This document shows, in pieces, positions 9,666-19,151 of a stretch of 64,000 nucleotides of DNA. A program made the position numbers and the translations under genes. The notes under the pieces are model-generated. The model was not told the DNA's origin and made no database searches. It worked only from the letters and a program-made list of their open reading frames with translations. The first letter of the stretch is position 1; the number at the start of each line of letters is the position of its first letter. Source of the DNA: Candidatus Acidiferrum sp. (lineage in GTDB: Bacteria > Acidobacteriota > Terriglobia > Acidiferrales > UBA7541); NCBI GenBank assembly GCA_035314425.1, contig DATFZN010000114.1, positions 4,232 through 68,231 of the forward strand, given 5' to 3'.

Positions 9666-10688
9666 ATGGTAGTTTTTGGGGCCTCTCGGAGACGATTCCA
9701 GTGCACGATCAAGCGCTTTTCTGTTCCGACCGTTTCCCTGCTCCTGCTGAGTTTCATTGCGCTCTCTTGCCGGGAAAAACCCGCCGCTACTCCCGGGCTT
9801 ACCCAGGTCGTTCTGCAGACAGATTGGTATCCGCAACCCGAACACGGAGGCTTTTATACCGCTTTAGTCGAGGGCTACTACAAAGAGGAGGGCTTGGACG
9901 TCACGATCCAGCCCGGTGGCCCCTACATGCAACCGTATCAACAAGTTGCGGCCGGTGCCGCGCAATTCGGCATGGGCGGCTCGGATAAAATCTTGGAATC
10001 TGTCGCTTCCGGCCAGAAATTATTAGCCGTCGCGGCCACTTTGCAGCACGACCCGCAAGGAATCATGGTGAGAGAAAGTTCGGGGGTAAAAGCCTTTGGG
10101 GATTTGAGCGGACATTCCGTGGCGGTGACACCCGGCTCGACCTGGTTTCGGTATCTAGTGGAGCGGTACAAGCTGCATGATGTGCGCGAGACGCCGGCGA
10201 TGATGAGCGTGGCAAATTTTATTGCGAATCCAGATTACATTCAGCAGGCGTTTGCGACTTCCGAGCCATTTTTCGCAAGGCAAGCAGGCGCCCAGCCGCG
10301 CTTTCTGTTGGTCAGTGACGCGGGATTTGCTCCCTATCGGGTGATGTTCACGACGCAGGATTTTGCACGAGAGCACCCAGATGTTGTTGCAAAATTCGTG
10401 AGAGCGTCGATCCGTGGTTGGCATGAATACCTCAACGATCCGAAGGCGGCCGATGATGCCGTGGCAAAATTGAATCCGGCGCTGACTCCGGAATGGATGA
10501 AATTCAGTTGGAAAGCGTTGCGCGATGGAAAGTTTGTGGCGGGGGATGATGCCAGCGGAGCAAAAATCGGACAGATGGAAACCGAGCGCTGGAACGCAAT
10601 CTACAAGCAATTGCTGGAACTAAAGGTAATTGATAAAGAGTTTGATCCGGCAACCGCCTACACGCTCGAATTCATCCCGAAGAACTAA
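9666..10688 (+). CDS. ABC transporter substrate-binding lipoprotein, NMT1/THI5 (SsuA/ThiY-like) family
   Basis: Signal peptide with ..FIALSC.. (lipobox-like) and DWYPQPEHGGFYTALVEGYYKEEGLDV, typical of the NMT1/THI5-like fold. Divergent from the transporter operon. Confidence 0.75.
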   Translation: MVVFGASRRRFQCTIKRFSVPTVSLLLLSFIALSCREKPAATPGLTQVVLQTDWYPQPEHGGFYTALVEGYYKEEGLDVTIQPGGPYMQPYQQVAAGAAQFGMGGSDKILESVASGQKLLAVAATLQHDPQGIMVRESSGVKAFGDLSGHSVAVTPGSTWFRYLVERYKLHDVRETPAMMSVANFIANPDYIQQAFATSEPFFARQAGAQPRFLLVSDAGFAPYRVMFTTQDFAREHPDVVAKFVRASIRGWHEYLNDPKAADDAVAKLNPALTPEWMKFSWKALRDGKFVAGDDASGAKIGQMETERWNAIYKQLLELKVIDKEFDPATAYTLEFIPKN

Positions 10689-11148
10689 GTGAATCGTCGA
10701 CACCGATATCTTCGTGCCAGACGGCGGGATTCCGGCTGATATAGTCTGCTAACAATTTGATGCATTCCTCGGAATCTAAATCAATCACATTCACGCCGAT
10801 AGAACGCAACCAATCGACCCCCCCTTGAAAGTTTCTGCTTTCGCCGACAACTAGCGTGCGAAAGCCGAATTGGCGAACCAGGCCGCTGCAATACCAGCAG
10901 GGCGCAAGCGTTGTCACCATAATTAAATTGCGATAGCTGCGCTGACGGCCCGCTTTGCGAAACGCGTCGGTTTCTCCGTGGACCGATGGATCGTCATGCT
11001 GAACGCGGCGATTGTGGCCTGCGCCGAGAAGGTGGCCGCTGGAGTTGAAAACAGCGGCGCCGATGGGAATGCCGCCCTCTTTCAAGCCAGTCCGGGCCTC
11101 TTCGATGGCCACGCCCAGCATGGCTTGATAGTCGAGTGTATCGTCCAT
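10672..11148 (-). CDS. Cytosine deaminase, yeast FCY1-type (CDA fold)
   Basis: GGIPIGAAV..GHNRR..HGETDAF..TTLAPCWYCSG..VVGESRNF..WHEDIGV is colinear with S. cerevisiae Fcy1 along its whole length, from memory of that sequence. Its 3' end overlaps the convergent SBP gene by 17 nt. Confidence 0.8.
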   Translation of the reverse strand: MDDTLDYQAMLGVAIEEARTGLKEGGIPIGAAVFNSSGHLLGAGHNRRVQHDDPSVHGETDAFRKAGRQRSYRNLIMVTTLAPCWYCSGLVRQFGFRTLVVGESRNFQGGVDWLRSIGVNVIDLDSEECIKLLADYISRNPAVWHEDIGVDDSLSSSG

Positions 11149-11200
11149 TCGAAGGTCCTCGTCGAAGTCAGAAAAGCCGCTACAGGCTGAACCTGTGCCA

Positions 11201-12877
11201 CTATTTTTTGTATTGGCGAACGCGGCGGATCACATTGTTGGTGGAGCTGTCATGCGCCAACTTTGGTTCCGTCGGGCTCTCGATTTCCGGGATGATGCGC
11301 TGAGCGAGAACTTTTCCGAGTTCGACGCCCCACTGGTCGAAGGAATCAATGCTCCAGACGGTTCCCGCTGTGAAGACGGAGTGTTCGTAGAGCGCGACCA
11401 ATTTCCCGAGTGCCGCCGGCGTGAGTTTTTCGAGAAGGATTGTGTTCGACGGGCGATTTCCCTCAAAGACGCGGTGCGGGATAAGCCATTCCGCCGTGCC
11501 TTCCGCTTTTACTTGTTTGGCGGTTTTGCCAAAGGCCAGAGCTTCGGTTTGCGCACAGACGTTTGCCAGAAGCATATCGTGATGACGCCCGAGCGGATTG
11601 AGTGATTCGCCGAACGCAATGAAATCACAGGGAATTAGGCGCGTGCCCTGATGGATCAATTGATAAAAAGAGTGTTGGCCGTTGGTGCCGGGCTCGCCCC
11701 AATAGATCGGACCGGTTTCATAATTGACTGTGGTGCCTGTCAGCGTGACGTGTTTCCCATTGCTCTCCATGGTCAATTGCTGGAGGTAGGCGGGAAAGCG
11801 CTTCAAATATTGCTCGTACGGAAGCACAGCGACGGTTTGCGCACCGAAGAAGTCGGTATACCAAACGCCCAGCAGACCCATCAGCACGGGCAAGTTCCCC
11901 TCAAACGGAGTCGTGCGGAAATGTTCGTCCATCTCGTGAAAACCGTCGAGCAGTTCACGAAAATTATCGGGGCCAATCGCGAGCATCGTGGAGAGGCCGA
12001 TCGCCGAATCCATGGAGTAGCGACCTCCGACCCAATCCCAGAAGCCAAACATGTTAGCGGTATCAATTCCAAACTTCGAGACTTCGGCGGCATTTGTGGA
12101 GACCGCAACGAAATGCTTGGCGACGGCTTTCTCATCGCCGCCAAGCCCCTTCAGACACCAAGCGCGAGCGCTGTGAGCGTTCGTCATCGTCTCCAAAGTT
12201 GTAAACGTTTTTGATGAAATGATAAACAAAGTTTCGGAAGGATCGAGGCCGAGGACCGCTTCGGCAAAGTCAGTAGAATCGACATTTGAGACAAAGCGGA
12301 AGGTCAAGTTGCGGTCGCTGTAGTGCTTTAACGCTTCATAGGCCATAACCGGGCCAAGATCGGAACCGCCGATTCCAGCATTGATGATGTTGCGAATGCG
12401 CTTGCCGGTGTGGCCTTTCCACGCGCCGCCGCGGATACGATTGCTAAAGTCGGCCATTTTATCCAGGACGGCATGAACATCGGGGACAACATCCTTGCCA
12501 TCCACAATGATCTTTTCGCCTTTGGGAGCACGAAGAGCAATGTGCAATACCGCGCGGTTCTCGGTGATGTTGATCTTGTCACCGCGGAACATGGCGTCAA
12601 TGTGGGCTTGCAAACCGGATTCTTTGGCAAGAGCAAGCAGCAACTTGAGGGTCTTTTCTGTGATGCGATTTTTGGAATAATCAAAAAAGATGCCGAGGGC
12701 TTCGGTGGAATATTGCTCACCGCGCTTGGGATTTTCTCGAAAAAGATCGCGAAGGTGAGTGTTGCGAATCTTCGCATGATGGGCTTTAAGATCGGCCCAA
12801 GCTTTGCGCTTCGTGAGTGGCTGGATTGGGCTGGCTTTGGAGCTTGTTTTGGGTGCTAATTTGGATTTGGAGGCCAT
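11201..12877 (-). CDS. pgi: Glucose-6-phosphate isomerase
   Basis: 558 aa, colinear with class I PGI (..FDYSKNRIT.., ..GIGGSDLGP.., ..GGRYS.., ..[15 protein letters not shown]..). Confidence 0.95.
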   Translation of the reverse strand: MASKSKLAPKTSSKASPIQPLTKRKAWADLKAHHAKIRNTHLRDLFRENPKRGEQYSTEALGIFFDYSKNRITEKTLKLLLALAKESGLQAHIDAMFRGDKINITENRAVLHIALRAPKGEKIIVDGKDVVPDVHAVLDKMADFSNRIRGGAWKGHTGKRIRNIINAGIGGSDLGPVMAYEALKHYSDRNLTFRFVSNVDSTDFAEAVLGLDPSETLFIISSKTFTTLETMTNAHSARAWCLKGLGGDEKAVAKHFVAVSTNAAEVSKFGIDTANMFGFWDWVGGRYSMDSAIGLSTMLAIGPDNFRELLDGFHEMDEHFRTTPFEGNLPVLMGLLGVWYTDFFGAQTVAVLPYEQYLKRFPAYLQQLTMESNGKHVTLTGTTVNYETGPIYWGEPGTNGQHSFYQLIHQGTRLIPCDFIAFGESLNPLGRHHDMLLANVCAQTEALAFGKTAKQVKAEGTAEWLIPHRVFEGNRPSNTILLEKLTPAALGKLVALYEHSVFTAGTVWSIDSFDQWGVELGKVLAQRIIPEIESPTEPKLAHDSSTNNVIRRVRQYKK

Positions 12878-13038
12878 GATGGAGTTCCTTTCCTACCCCG
12901 AGAAGGGCGTCGACTGGTCGTATCGAGGAAGACAGTCTACACGAGGGTTGCCTCGATCTGCGAGCCCACCAAGCAAGAACAATCTTGGAGCAGCGCTGTC
13001 GATTGCATACCAGCGTAGATACAGGTAGCTTATTCGCC

Positions 13039-15144
13039 ATGACCCCGACGCGCGACCTCATTCTCTCGCTATTCCCAGAGGAACAACGGAGTAACAAATC
13101 GCTGCGGCAACTGGCAGTACGCGCGGAACGCTTGACCAGCGCCACTTCATTGAGTACGCGCCTGGATGCGGCGGTTGAGCTTTATACGTTTATGCGGGGG
13201 AAAGACCGGAACATTCCGCCACCCCTTCCCTGCGCACAAGGTCAGAGCAGCTTGCATGACGAACGATGGAGGAGAGAAGCGGTCTGGCTTTCCATCCTGG
13301 AAAATTCGCCAGAGATTCGCGGGCGTTACCACGATAGCCTGGCGGCGCTACTTTCCGAGACCAACGGCGTTTCGCTTTTCGCGGAATCCGGATTGCCGAG
13401 TGACCGTGGGCTGCTCGCCGAACTATCGAACCGATTCCTGGGAATTGTGCTGCCCGCGCCGAAGGAATACAGCGAACTGGCGCGGTTGTTTATCCGCATG
13501 TACCCCACGAAAGATGAAGTGGAACACTTTTTCAGCCTGCCACCAGAAAATTTCGATCGTATCGTGGCACTGGCCGCGCCGGATGAACGAGCGGAGCAAT
13601 GGCGCCCGGTGGTGGAATCGCTGATTGACGCGTTTTGCCTCCTGGGAGCGCGTGTGCAAGGGCTGGGGCTATCTGAAAAATTGCGGGTAAGGAGCAAGCC
13701 GCGGCCCGTGCAGCAATCTTCCTTCTACTTGTTGCCCCGTGCGGGGGATGTCTTTGTATTCGCGCTGCGAAGCCATGAAAACCTTCTCTCGGCCGAGCGC
13801 CAATGGCGCAACACTGTGAAGGGTTGCCGCGACGAATTGAAAATCATCGTCGAGAACATGGATAAACGCGGCGTAAATCTGGATGTGGTGTACGCGATCG
13901 ATGTGATCGAGCAGAGCCTGGGACGAATGGAAACGATCGCTGACGTGCTCGTGGCGGATCCTGGCCATGAAAAAAGGCTAGCTGCGCAAAGATTCCTACG
14001 CGAGGTGGTGCGAGGCCGTCTGGCGGACCGCAGTTTGCTGGTGCTGCTAAGCAACAGCATGCGGCTGATGTCTAAAAAGATTGTGGAGTGGGCGGGGAAG
14101 ACCGGCGAACACTACATCGCCAACAACCGCAAAGAGTATTGGCAGATGTGGAGAGCAGCATTGGGAGGCGGATTGCTGACGGTGGGAACGGCGGCGATCA
14201 AGATGGTGGTAACCCATTCCGGGTTCGGTCCGTTCGTCGAAGGCTTTCTGGCGGGAACAAATTACGCAGTGAGCTTCGTGATGTTGCAGGTGTTGGGATT
14301 GGCGTTGGCAACGAAACAGCCCTCGATGACCGGTGCCGCGCTGGCACAAATCGTACTGCGCTGCCAGCAAAGTGGAAATGACGAAGAGCTGGCTACATTT
14401 GTGGCACGAATCTTTCGAACGCAATTGGCCGCGGCTCTGGGAAACATCCTGGCAGTTGCGGCGGGAGCGATAGGATTGGGATTTTTGTGGCACGTATTGT
14501 TCGGCGCGCCGCTACTGCATGAGGAAACCGCAGAATACGCGCTAACATCGCTGAATCCAATCAAGACGGGAACTATTTTTTACGCGGCGATAACCGGGGT
14601 AATCCTCTGGTTGTCGAGCTTGATTGGTGGGTGGATCGAAAACTGGGCGGTCTACCACCGGTTGCCCGAAGCGATTGCCGAGCATCGCCTTGGGGCATTC
14701 TTGCGGCCGGAGCGATTGCAGCGCGTTTCACAGGTATTCTCAAAGAATATTTCCGGATGGGGAGGATCGATCGCGCTGGGTTACATGCTGGGAATGACCC
14801 CAACGATTGCGCGCTTCTTTGGATTGCCGCTCGATGTGCGGCACGTGACGCTCTCCACCGGAACGGTGGCCCTCGGAGCCGTGTCGCTCAGCAGGTCGAC
14901 GATGCCCGAAGGAGCGCTGTTCTGGGCAGCGATCGGGATTGCAGCAACGTTCGTGCTCAACTTGAGTGTGAGCTTTTATCTAGCGCTGAAGCTGGCGCTG
15001 AAAGCCCACGGAGCGAATCTCGGTGGAAATATCACCATCGTCAAGACAATCCTGGCAGCGTTTTTGCACTCCCCACGCGATTTCTTTTTACCTCCGCTCG
15101 ACAATCCGAACGCCCCGGTTGCCGCCAGCCAGGAAACTCATTGA
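13039..15144 (+). CDS. Large membrane protein: about 380-aa soluble helical N-domain plus about 8 TM helices; possibly the PF10136 family (misnamed site-specific recombinase)
   Basis: ATG 13039 (MTPTRDL). The C-terminal half has repeated 20-residue hydrophobic segments. The family assignment is from recollection of architecture only. Confidence 0.5.
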   Translation: MTPTRDLILSLFPEEQRSNKSLRQLAVRAERLTSATSLSTRLDAAVELYTFMRGKDRNIPPPLPCAQGQSSLHDERWRREAVWLSILENSPEIRGRYHDSLAALLSETNGVSLFAESGLPSDRGLLAELSNRFLGIVLPAPKEYSELARLFIRMYPTKDEVEHFFSLPPENFDRIVALAAPDERAEQWRPVVESLIDAFCLLGARVQGLGLSEKLRVRSKPRPVQQSSFYLLPRAGDVFVFALRSHENLLSAERQWRNTVKGCRDELKIIVENMDKRGVNLDVVYAIDVIEQSLGRMETIADVLVADPGHEKRLAAQRFLREVVRGRLADRSLLVLLSNSMRLMSKKIVEWAGKTGEHYIANNRKEYWQMWRAALGGGLLTVGTAAIKMVVTHSGFGPFVEGFLAGTNYAVSFVMLQVLGLALATKQPSMTGAALAQIVLRCQQSGNDEELATFVARIFRTQLAAALGNILAVAAGAIGLGFLWHVLFGAPLLHEETAEYALTSLNPIKTGTIFYAAITGVILWLSSLIGGWIENWAVYHRLPEAIAEHRLGAFLRPERLQRVSQVFSKNISGWGGSIALGYMLGMTPTIARFFGLPLDVRHVTLSTGTVALGAVSLSRSTMPEGALFWAAIGIAATFVLNLSVSFYLALKLALKAHGANLGGNITIVKTILAAFLHSPRDFFLPPLDNPNAPVAASQETH

Positions 15145-15229
15145 CGGCTCTGTTCGCCATTCCCAGCAGCAGAACGGAATCACGAACAGTTGAACGGTGG
15201 CACGCAATCCGGTCCGCCTATGGCCAGAT

Positions 15230-16291
15230 TTACGATGGGCAAACGCTCGTGCTGGCGCGAACCTTCAGCTGGGGCTTCACTACGAGCTGTTTCGGATAAT
15301 CAGTCTTGTTGCCGGAAGAAATTCTCTTCAGCAAGGTTTCCGCGCCGATGACCCCCATCTCACGCAGCGGCTGGTGGACTGTGGTGAGGCTAGGATTTTG
15401 ATAAGCGGCACTCTGAATGTCGTCGAATCCGATGACAGAAACGTCTTGCGGAACCCGGCGCCCGGATTCTCGAAGAGCGTGAATGGCCCCGATAGCGGAG
15501 ATGTCGTTGAAGGCAAACAACGCGGTGAACGGAACGTTGCGGGCAAGAATCTCGCGGGTGACTTCATAACCCACTTCGGGAGATGTGGAGTCGCTCTTCA
15601 TCTGGTGTTGCAGGCGGGAATCCATGGAAACACCCAGGTGTTTCGCGACGGAATGCAAAGTTTGCCAACGAATCTCCGTGTCCGAACTGAAATCCTGCCC
15701 TTTGATGAATGCAATATTTTTGTGCCCTAGTTCCTGGAGATGCTGTAGCGCGAGCGTCGCAGCCAATTCGTGGTCTAGGACGACATTGGTCACACCCGGA
15801 ACCTCCTGGTGGCCAGAGATTGCCACGATAGGAAGAGTGCAGGTTTCACTACAGGAAGTGTCCACCGCAATGATCCCTTCCACAGCGCGCTGCTGAAGAA
15901 TCAGCGGATACTCTTCGATCAGATCGGCGCGATGCCGGTGGCTGACGACCAAGTAAAAATATCCTTCCTCAAGCAGGAAGTCCTCAATACCCGACATAAC
16001 AAGCGCCGCGTACCCTTCACTGATTTCGGGCACGATGACGCCAATGGTGAAGCTTCGTTTCTGGCGGAGAGAACGAGCCATCAGGTTTGGCCGGTAATTG
16101 AGCTCGCGTGCGGCCTGTCGGACGCGTTCCTGCGTGGCCGGCGGAATGGACTTCGCCCCCGGAGATCGGTTGATCACCAAGGAAACAGTGGCGGAAGAAA
16201 CGCCCAAATACTCAGCCAGTTTCTTTAAGCTGACAGAACTGGAGCCGGCTTCCCGAATTTCTTGCGAACGCTTTTTACCAGAGTCGGACAT
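15230..16291 (-). CDS. LacI-family transcriptional regulator
   Basis: HTH VSLKKLAEYLGVSSATVSLVINRSPG followed by a periplasmic-binding-protein-like sugar-binding core. ATG 16291 is preferred because the ORF-track extension encodes an implausible hydrophobic leader. Confidence 0.85.
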   Translation of the reverse strand: MSDSGKKRSQEIREAGSSSVSLKKLAEYLGVSSATVSLVINRSPGAKSIPPATQERVRQAARELNYRPNLMARSLRQKRSFTIGVIVPEISEGYAALVMSGIEDFLLEEGYFYLVVSHRHRADLIEEYPLILQQRAVEGIIAVDTSCSETCTLPIVAISGHQEVPGVTNVVLDHELAATLALQHLQELGHKNIAFIKGQDFSSDTEIRWQTLHSVAKHLGVSMDSRLQHQMKSDSTSPEVGYEVTREILARNVPFTALFAFNDISAIGAIHALRESGRRVPQDVSVIGFDDIQSAAYQNPSLTTVHQPLREMGVIGAETLLKRISSGNKTDYPKQLVVKPQLKVRASTSVCPS

Positions 16292-16374
16292 CGAGGGTGG
16301 GTGAATTCTGTCACAGGCAAGGAGCAGGAGCAAGCAAGAGAAAAGAGCGAAACTCACGGGAAGGGGCTGTATAC

Positions 16375-16386
16375 TAAATCGATTTA
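16375..16386. promoter_or_regulatory. Candidate LacI-type operator (perfect palindrome TAAATCGATTTA, central CG)
   Basis: It lies in the divergent LacI / GH3 intergenic region. The AAnCGnTT core is typical of LacI/GalR-family operators. Confidence 0.45.
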
Positions 16387-16516
16387 TCCCAGCATACTTG
16401 AGGTCTGCCGCGGGTTTCTACCAGGATCGCGGTCCGAATTTGGAGAAGCAATTGTATCCCCAGTCACATACAGTTTCCCCACTCCCTAGGCAGGCGGGCG
16501 GGCATGGAGCCTCGAA

Positions 16517-18871
16517 ATGAAATTCCGCTCTCTGCTCTACTTTCTCTTGCTGTGCGGCACCTTTGCCGCTTCACCCGCCCGCGGACAATCGCCGGTTTCT
16601 AGGGAACAAGCTCCCTTTCGCGGATTGCCTGTGCGAAACGATTTGGCCACACTCTCAATTGAGCAGAGAGTTGAAGATCTGCTGAAAACCATGACTTTGG
16701 AAGAAAAAGTCGGGCAGTTGGTGCAGTATTCGATCGGAACGCCGACAGGACCGGGAACCGGACGCGGAGGCTACGACGAGATGGTCGCCAGCGGGCAGGT
16801 TGGATCGCTATTCAACCTCGAAAACGGCCAAGCGGTGAACCACTATCAACACATCGCCGTAGAAAAATCCCGACTGCACATACCGTTGCTGGTCGGGCTG
16901 GATGTGATTCACGGCTACCGAACAATTTTCCCGGTGCCACTCGCCATGGCCTCCACCTGGGATCCGCCGATTGTGGAACGCGCCGCACGCTTGGCGGCAG
17001 AGGAGGCAACGGCAGAGGGAGTGCGCTGGACATTTTCACCGATGGTGGATATTGCACGCGATGCGCGATGGGGACGGATGATTGAGGGAGCAGGGGAAGA
17101 TCCTTTTCTCGGCAGTGAAATCGCACGCGCGTATGTTCGTGGATATCAGAGCAAGAGGCTCGGTGCGCCGGATAGCCTGGCATCCTGCGCCAAGCATTAT
17201 GTCGGGTACGGCGCGGCCGAGGGCGGTAGGGATTACAATACCGCGGAAATTTCCGAGCACACGTTGCGGGAAATCTATTTGCCGCCATTCTATGCCGCGC
17301 TCGACGAAGATGGCGCATCCGTAATGAGTGCGTTTCATCCGCTGAATGGAGTGCCGGCGAGCGCGAACCCCTTTATCCTAAAACAGGTTTTGCGGGATGA
17401 ATGGCAGTTCCAGGGAATAGTGGTGAGCGATTGGACGTCAGTGGGGGAACTCGAGGCTCACGGAATCGCCAATGATGGCGCCACAGCAGCTCGCAAGTCG
17501 TTTACCGCGGGCGTGGACATGGATATGGAGAGCAATCTCTACCACAACTATCTGGCTGACCAAGTGAAAAACGGAAAAGTGAGTGAGGCACAGCTAGATG
17601 AAGGAGTACGGCATGTGCTGCGGGTAAAACTTGCCCTTGGGCTTTTCGATGAGCCGTATACCAATGAAACGCGCAAGCATGTTGGTCCGCTAGACAAGGA
17701 AAGTCTGGACGTTGCGCGAGTTGCCGCTGAGCGCTCGCTCGTGCTTTTGAAAAATGGAAATGGGGTTCAATCGCTATTGCCACTAAAAAAAGGACAGACC
17801 GTGGCGCTCATTGGGCCGCTAGCAGACGATGCGGTAAATATGCTGGGATCCTGGGCCGGCCGTGGGCAACCCGAGGATGTGGTTACGCTGAAAACGTCTC
17901 TGACGCGCTCCCTCGGCGCTTCGAAAGTAAAGTATGCACAAGGCGGTGGGATCCGTTCTGCGAGCGACAAAGAGATTGCAGAGGCAGTTGCAGCGGCGAA
18001 GAGGGCGAGCGTAGCGATTCTTGCCCTGGGCGAAGACGCCCGTGAGATGACCGCAGAAGCCGGGTCGCGCGCGCATTTGGATTTGCCCGGACGTCAGGAA
18101 GAATTGCTAGAAAAAGTGGTTGCGACAGGAACCCCGGTTGTTCTGGTGCTGTTCAGCGGAAGGCCTTTGACGCTGCCCTGGGCGTTTGAGCACGTGCCTG
18201 CCGTACTGGCTGCGTGGTTCCCCGGGGTGCAAGCGGGCCCCGCGCTCTATCGAATCTTGTATGGTGAGGCCAGCCCCAGCGGCAGACTAGTAGTGAGCTG
18301 GCCACGCTCCGTGGGACAACTCCCGCTTTATTACAATGCGCTCAGTACCGGGCGCCCAGCAGGTGAAGTGGATTTGAGCCACCCTCCGAAAAATGGTGAG
18401 GAGAAATATGTATCCAGATACATTGACGAACGCAATTCTCCGCAATTTCCCTTTGGCTATGGACTTTCCTATACGACGTTTGCATACGCGGCTCCAGAAG
18501 TAAGCACTCGGAAGATCAGTGCCCAGACACTCAATGATAACTTGCGAAAAAGAAACCCCGACGAGCGGCAGGACGTGATCGTGTCCGTGAACGTCACCAA
18601 TACCGGGAATGTTTCCGCGGACGAAACGGTGCAGCTCTACATTGGGTTGCGAGGCACGAGCGTCGCCGAACCGGTCAAGGCGTTAAAGGCCTTTCAACGT
18701 GTCGGGCTGGCACCCGGCGAAACGAAAAAGGTTGTTTTTGAGCTCGCACCGGAAGCATTCGCAATTTGGGGCCAGGACAATCGATGGGCAGTCGAGCCGT
18801 CCGAGGCGACAATTTGGGTCGGCCCCAACTCCGCAGTGCAAGGCGGGGTACGCCTGGAAATCGGCGATTGA
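16517..18871 (+). CDS. bglX: Glycoside hydrolase family 3 beta-glucosidase (BglX-like), Sec signal
   Basis: Signal peptide, then ..KVGQL.., GLDVIHG, RWGR, VVSDW (nucleophile region) and a C-terminal Fn3-like domain. 784 aa. Confidence 0.9.
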   Translation: MKFRSLLYFLLLCGTFAASPARGQSPVSREQAPFRGLPVRNDLATLSIEQRVEDLLKTMTLEEKVGQLVQYSIGTPTGPGTGRGGYDEMVASGQVGSLFNLENGQAVNHYQHIAVEKSRLHIPLLVGLDVIHGYRTIFPVPLAMASTWDPPIVERAARLAAEEATAEGVRWTFSPMVDIARDARWGRMIEGAGEDPFLGSEIARAYVRGYQSKRLGAPDSLASCAKHYVGYGAAEGGRDYNTAEISEHTLREIYLPPFYAALDEDGASVMSAFHPLNGVPASANPFILKQVLRDEWQFQGIVVSDWTSVGELEAHGIANDGATAARKSFTAGVDMDMESNLYHNYLADQVKNGKVSEAQLDEGVRHVLRVKLALGLFDEPYTNETRKHVGPLDKESLDVARVAAERSLVLLKNGNGVQSLLPLKKGQTVALIGPLADDAVNMLGSWAGRGQPEDVVTLKTSLTRSLGASKVKYAQGGGIRSASDKEIAEAVAAAKRASVAILALGEDAREMTAEAGSRAHLDLPGRQEELLEKVVATGTPVVLVLFSGRPLTLPWAFEHVPAVLAAWFPGVQAGPALYRILYGEASPSGRLVVSWPRSVGQLPLYYNALSTGRPAGEVDLSHPPKNGEEKYVSRYIDERNSPQFPFGYGLSYTTFAYAAPEVSTRKISAQTLNDNLRKRNPDERQDVIVSVNVTNTGNVSADETVQLYIGLRGTSVAEPVKALKAFQRVGLAPGETKKVVFELAPEAFAIWGQDNRWAVEPSEATIWVGPNSAVQGGVRLEIGD

Positions 18872-19151
18872 ACCGACAGAGGGCACAGCCGGTTTGCGGG
18901 TCGGACGGAGGGGGAGTGCGCCAGGCGACACAATTGATTGCGAAATTGAGAATACTGCCAATTTTTGACGCGTCAAGAGTCGTTTTGCACCAAGTGAGAA
19001 AACTACCCCGAGAGGATGGTCTAGCTAAGCCAATGCAGGATAAAGACTTGTTGCTCACTGAAAGGGTTTGGTCGGGCGAGTTTTCCGTGAGAATGCAGAT
19101 ACGAACGGACTCAAAGTTGCATCCAACTAGGTCGATGGTAGAATCTGTGCC

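Noticed and set aside
13039-15144. Possible mobile-element gene (family name site-specific recombinase)
   Set aside because: There are no recombinase catalytic motifs (Tyr, Ser or DDE), no flanking repeats and no tRNA target. The name is historical, so I do not call a mobile element.
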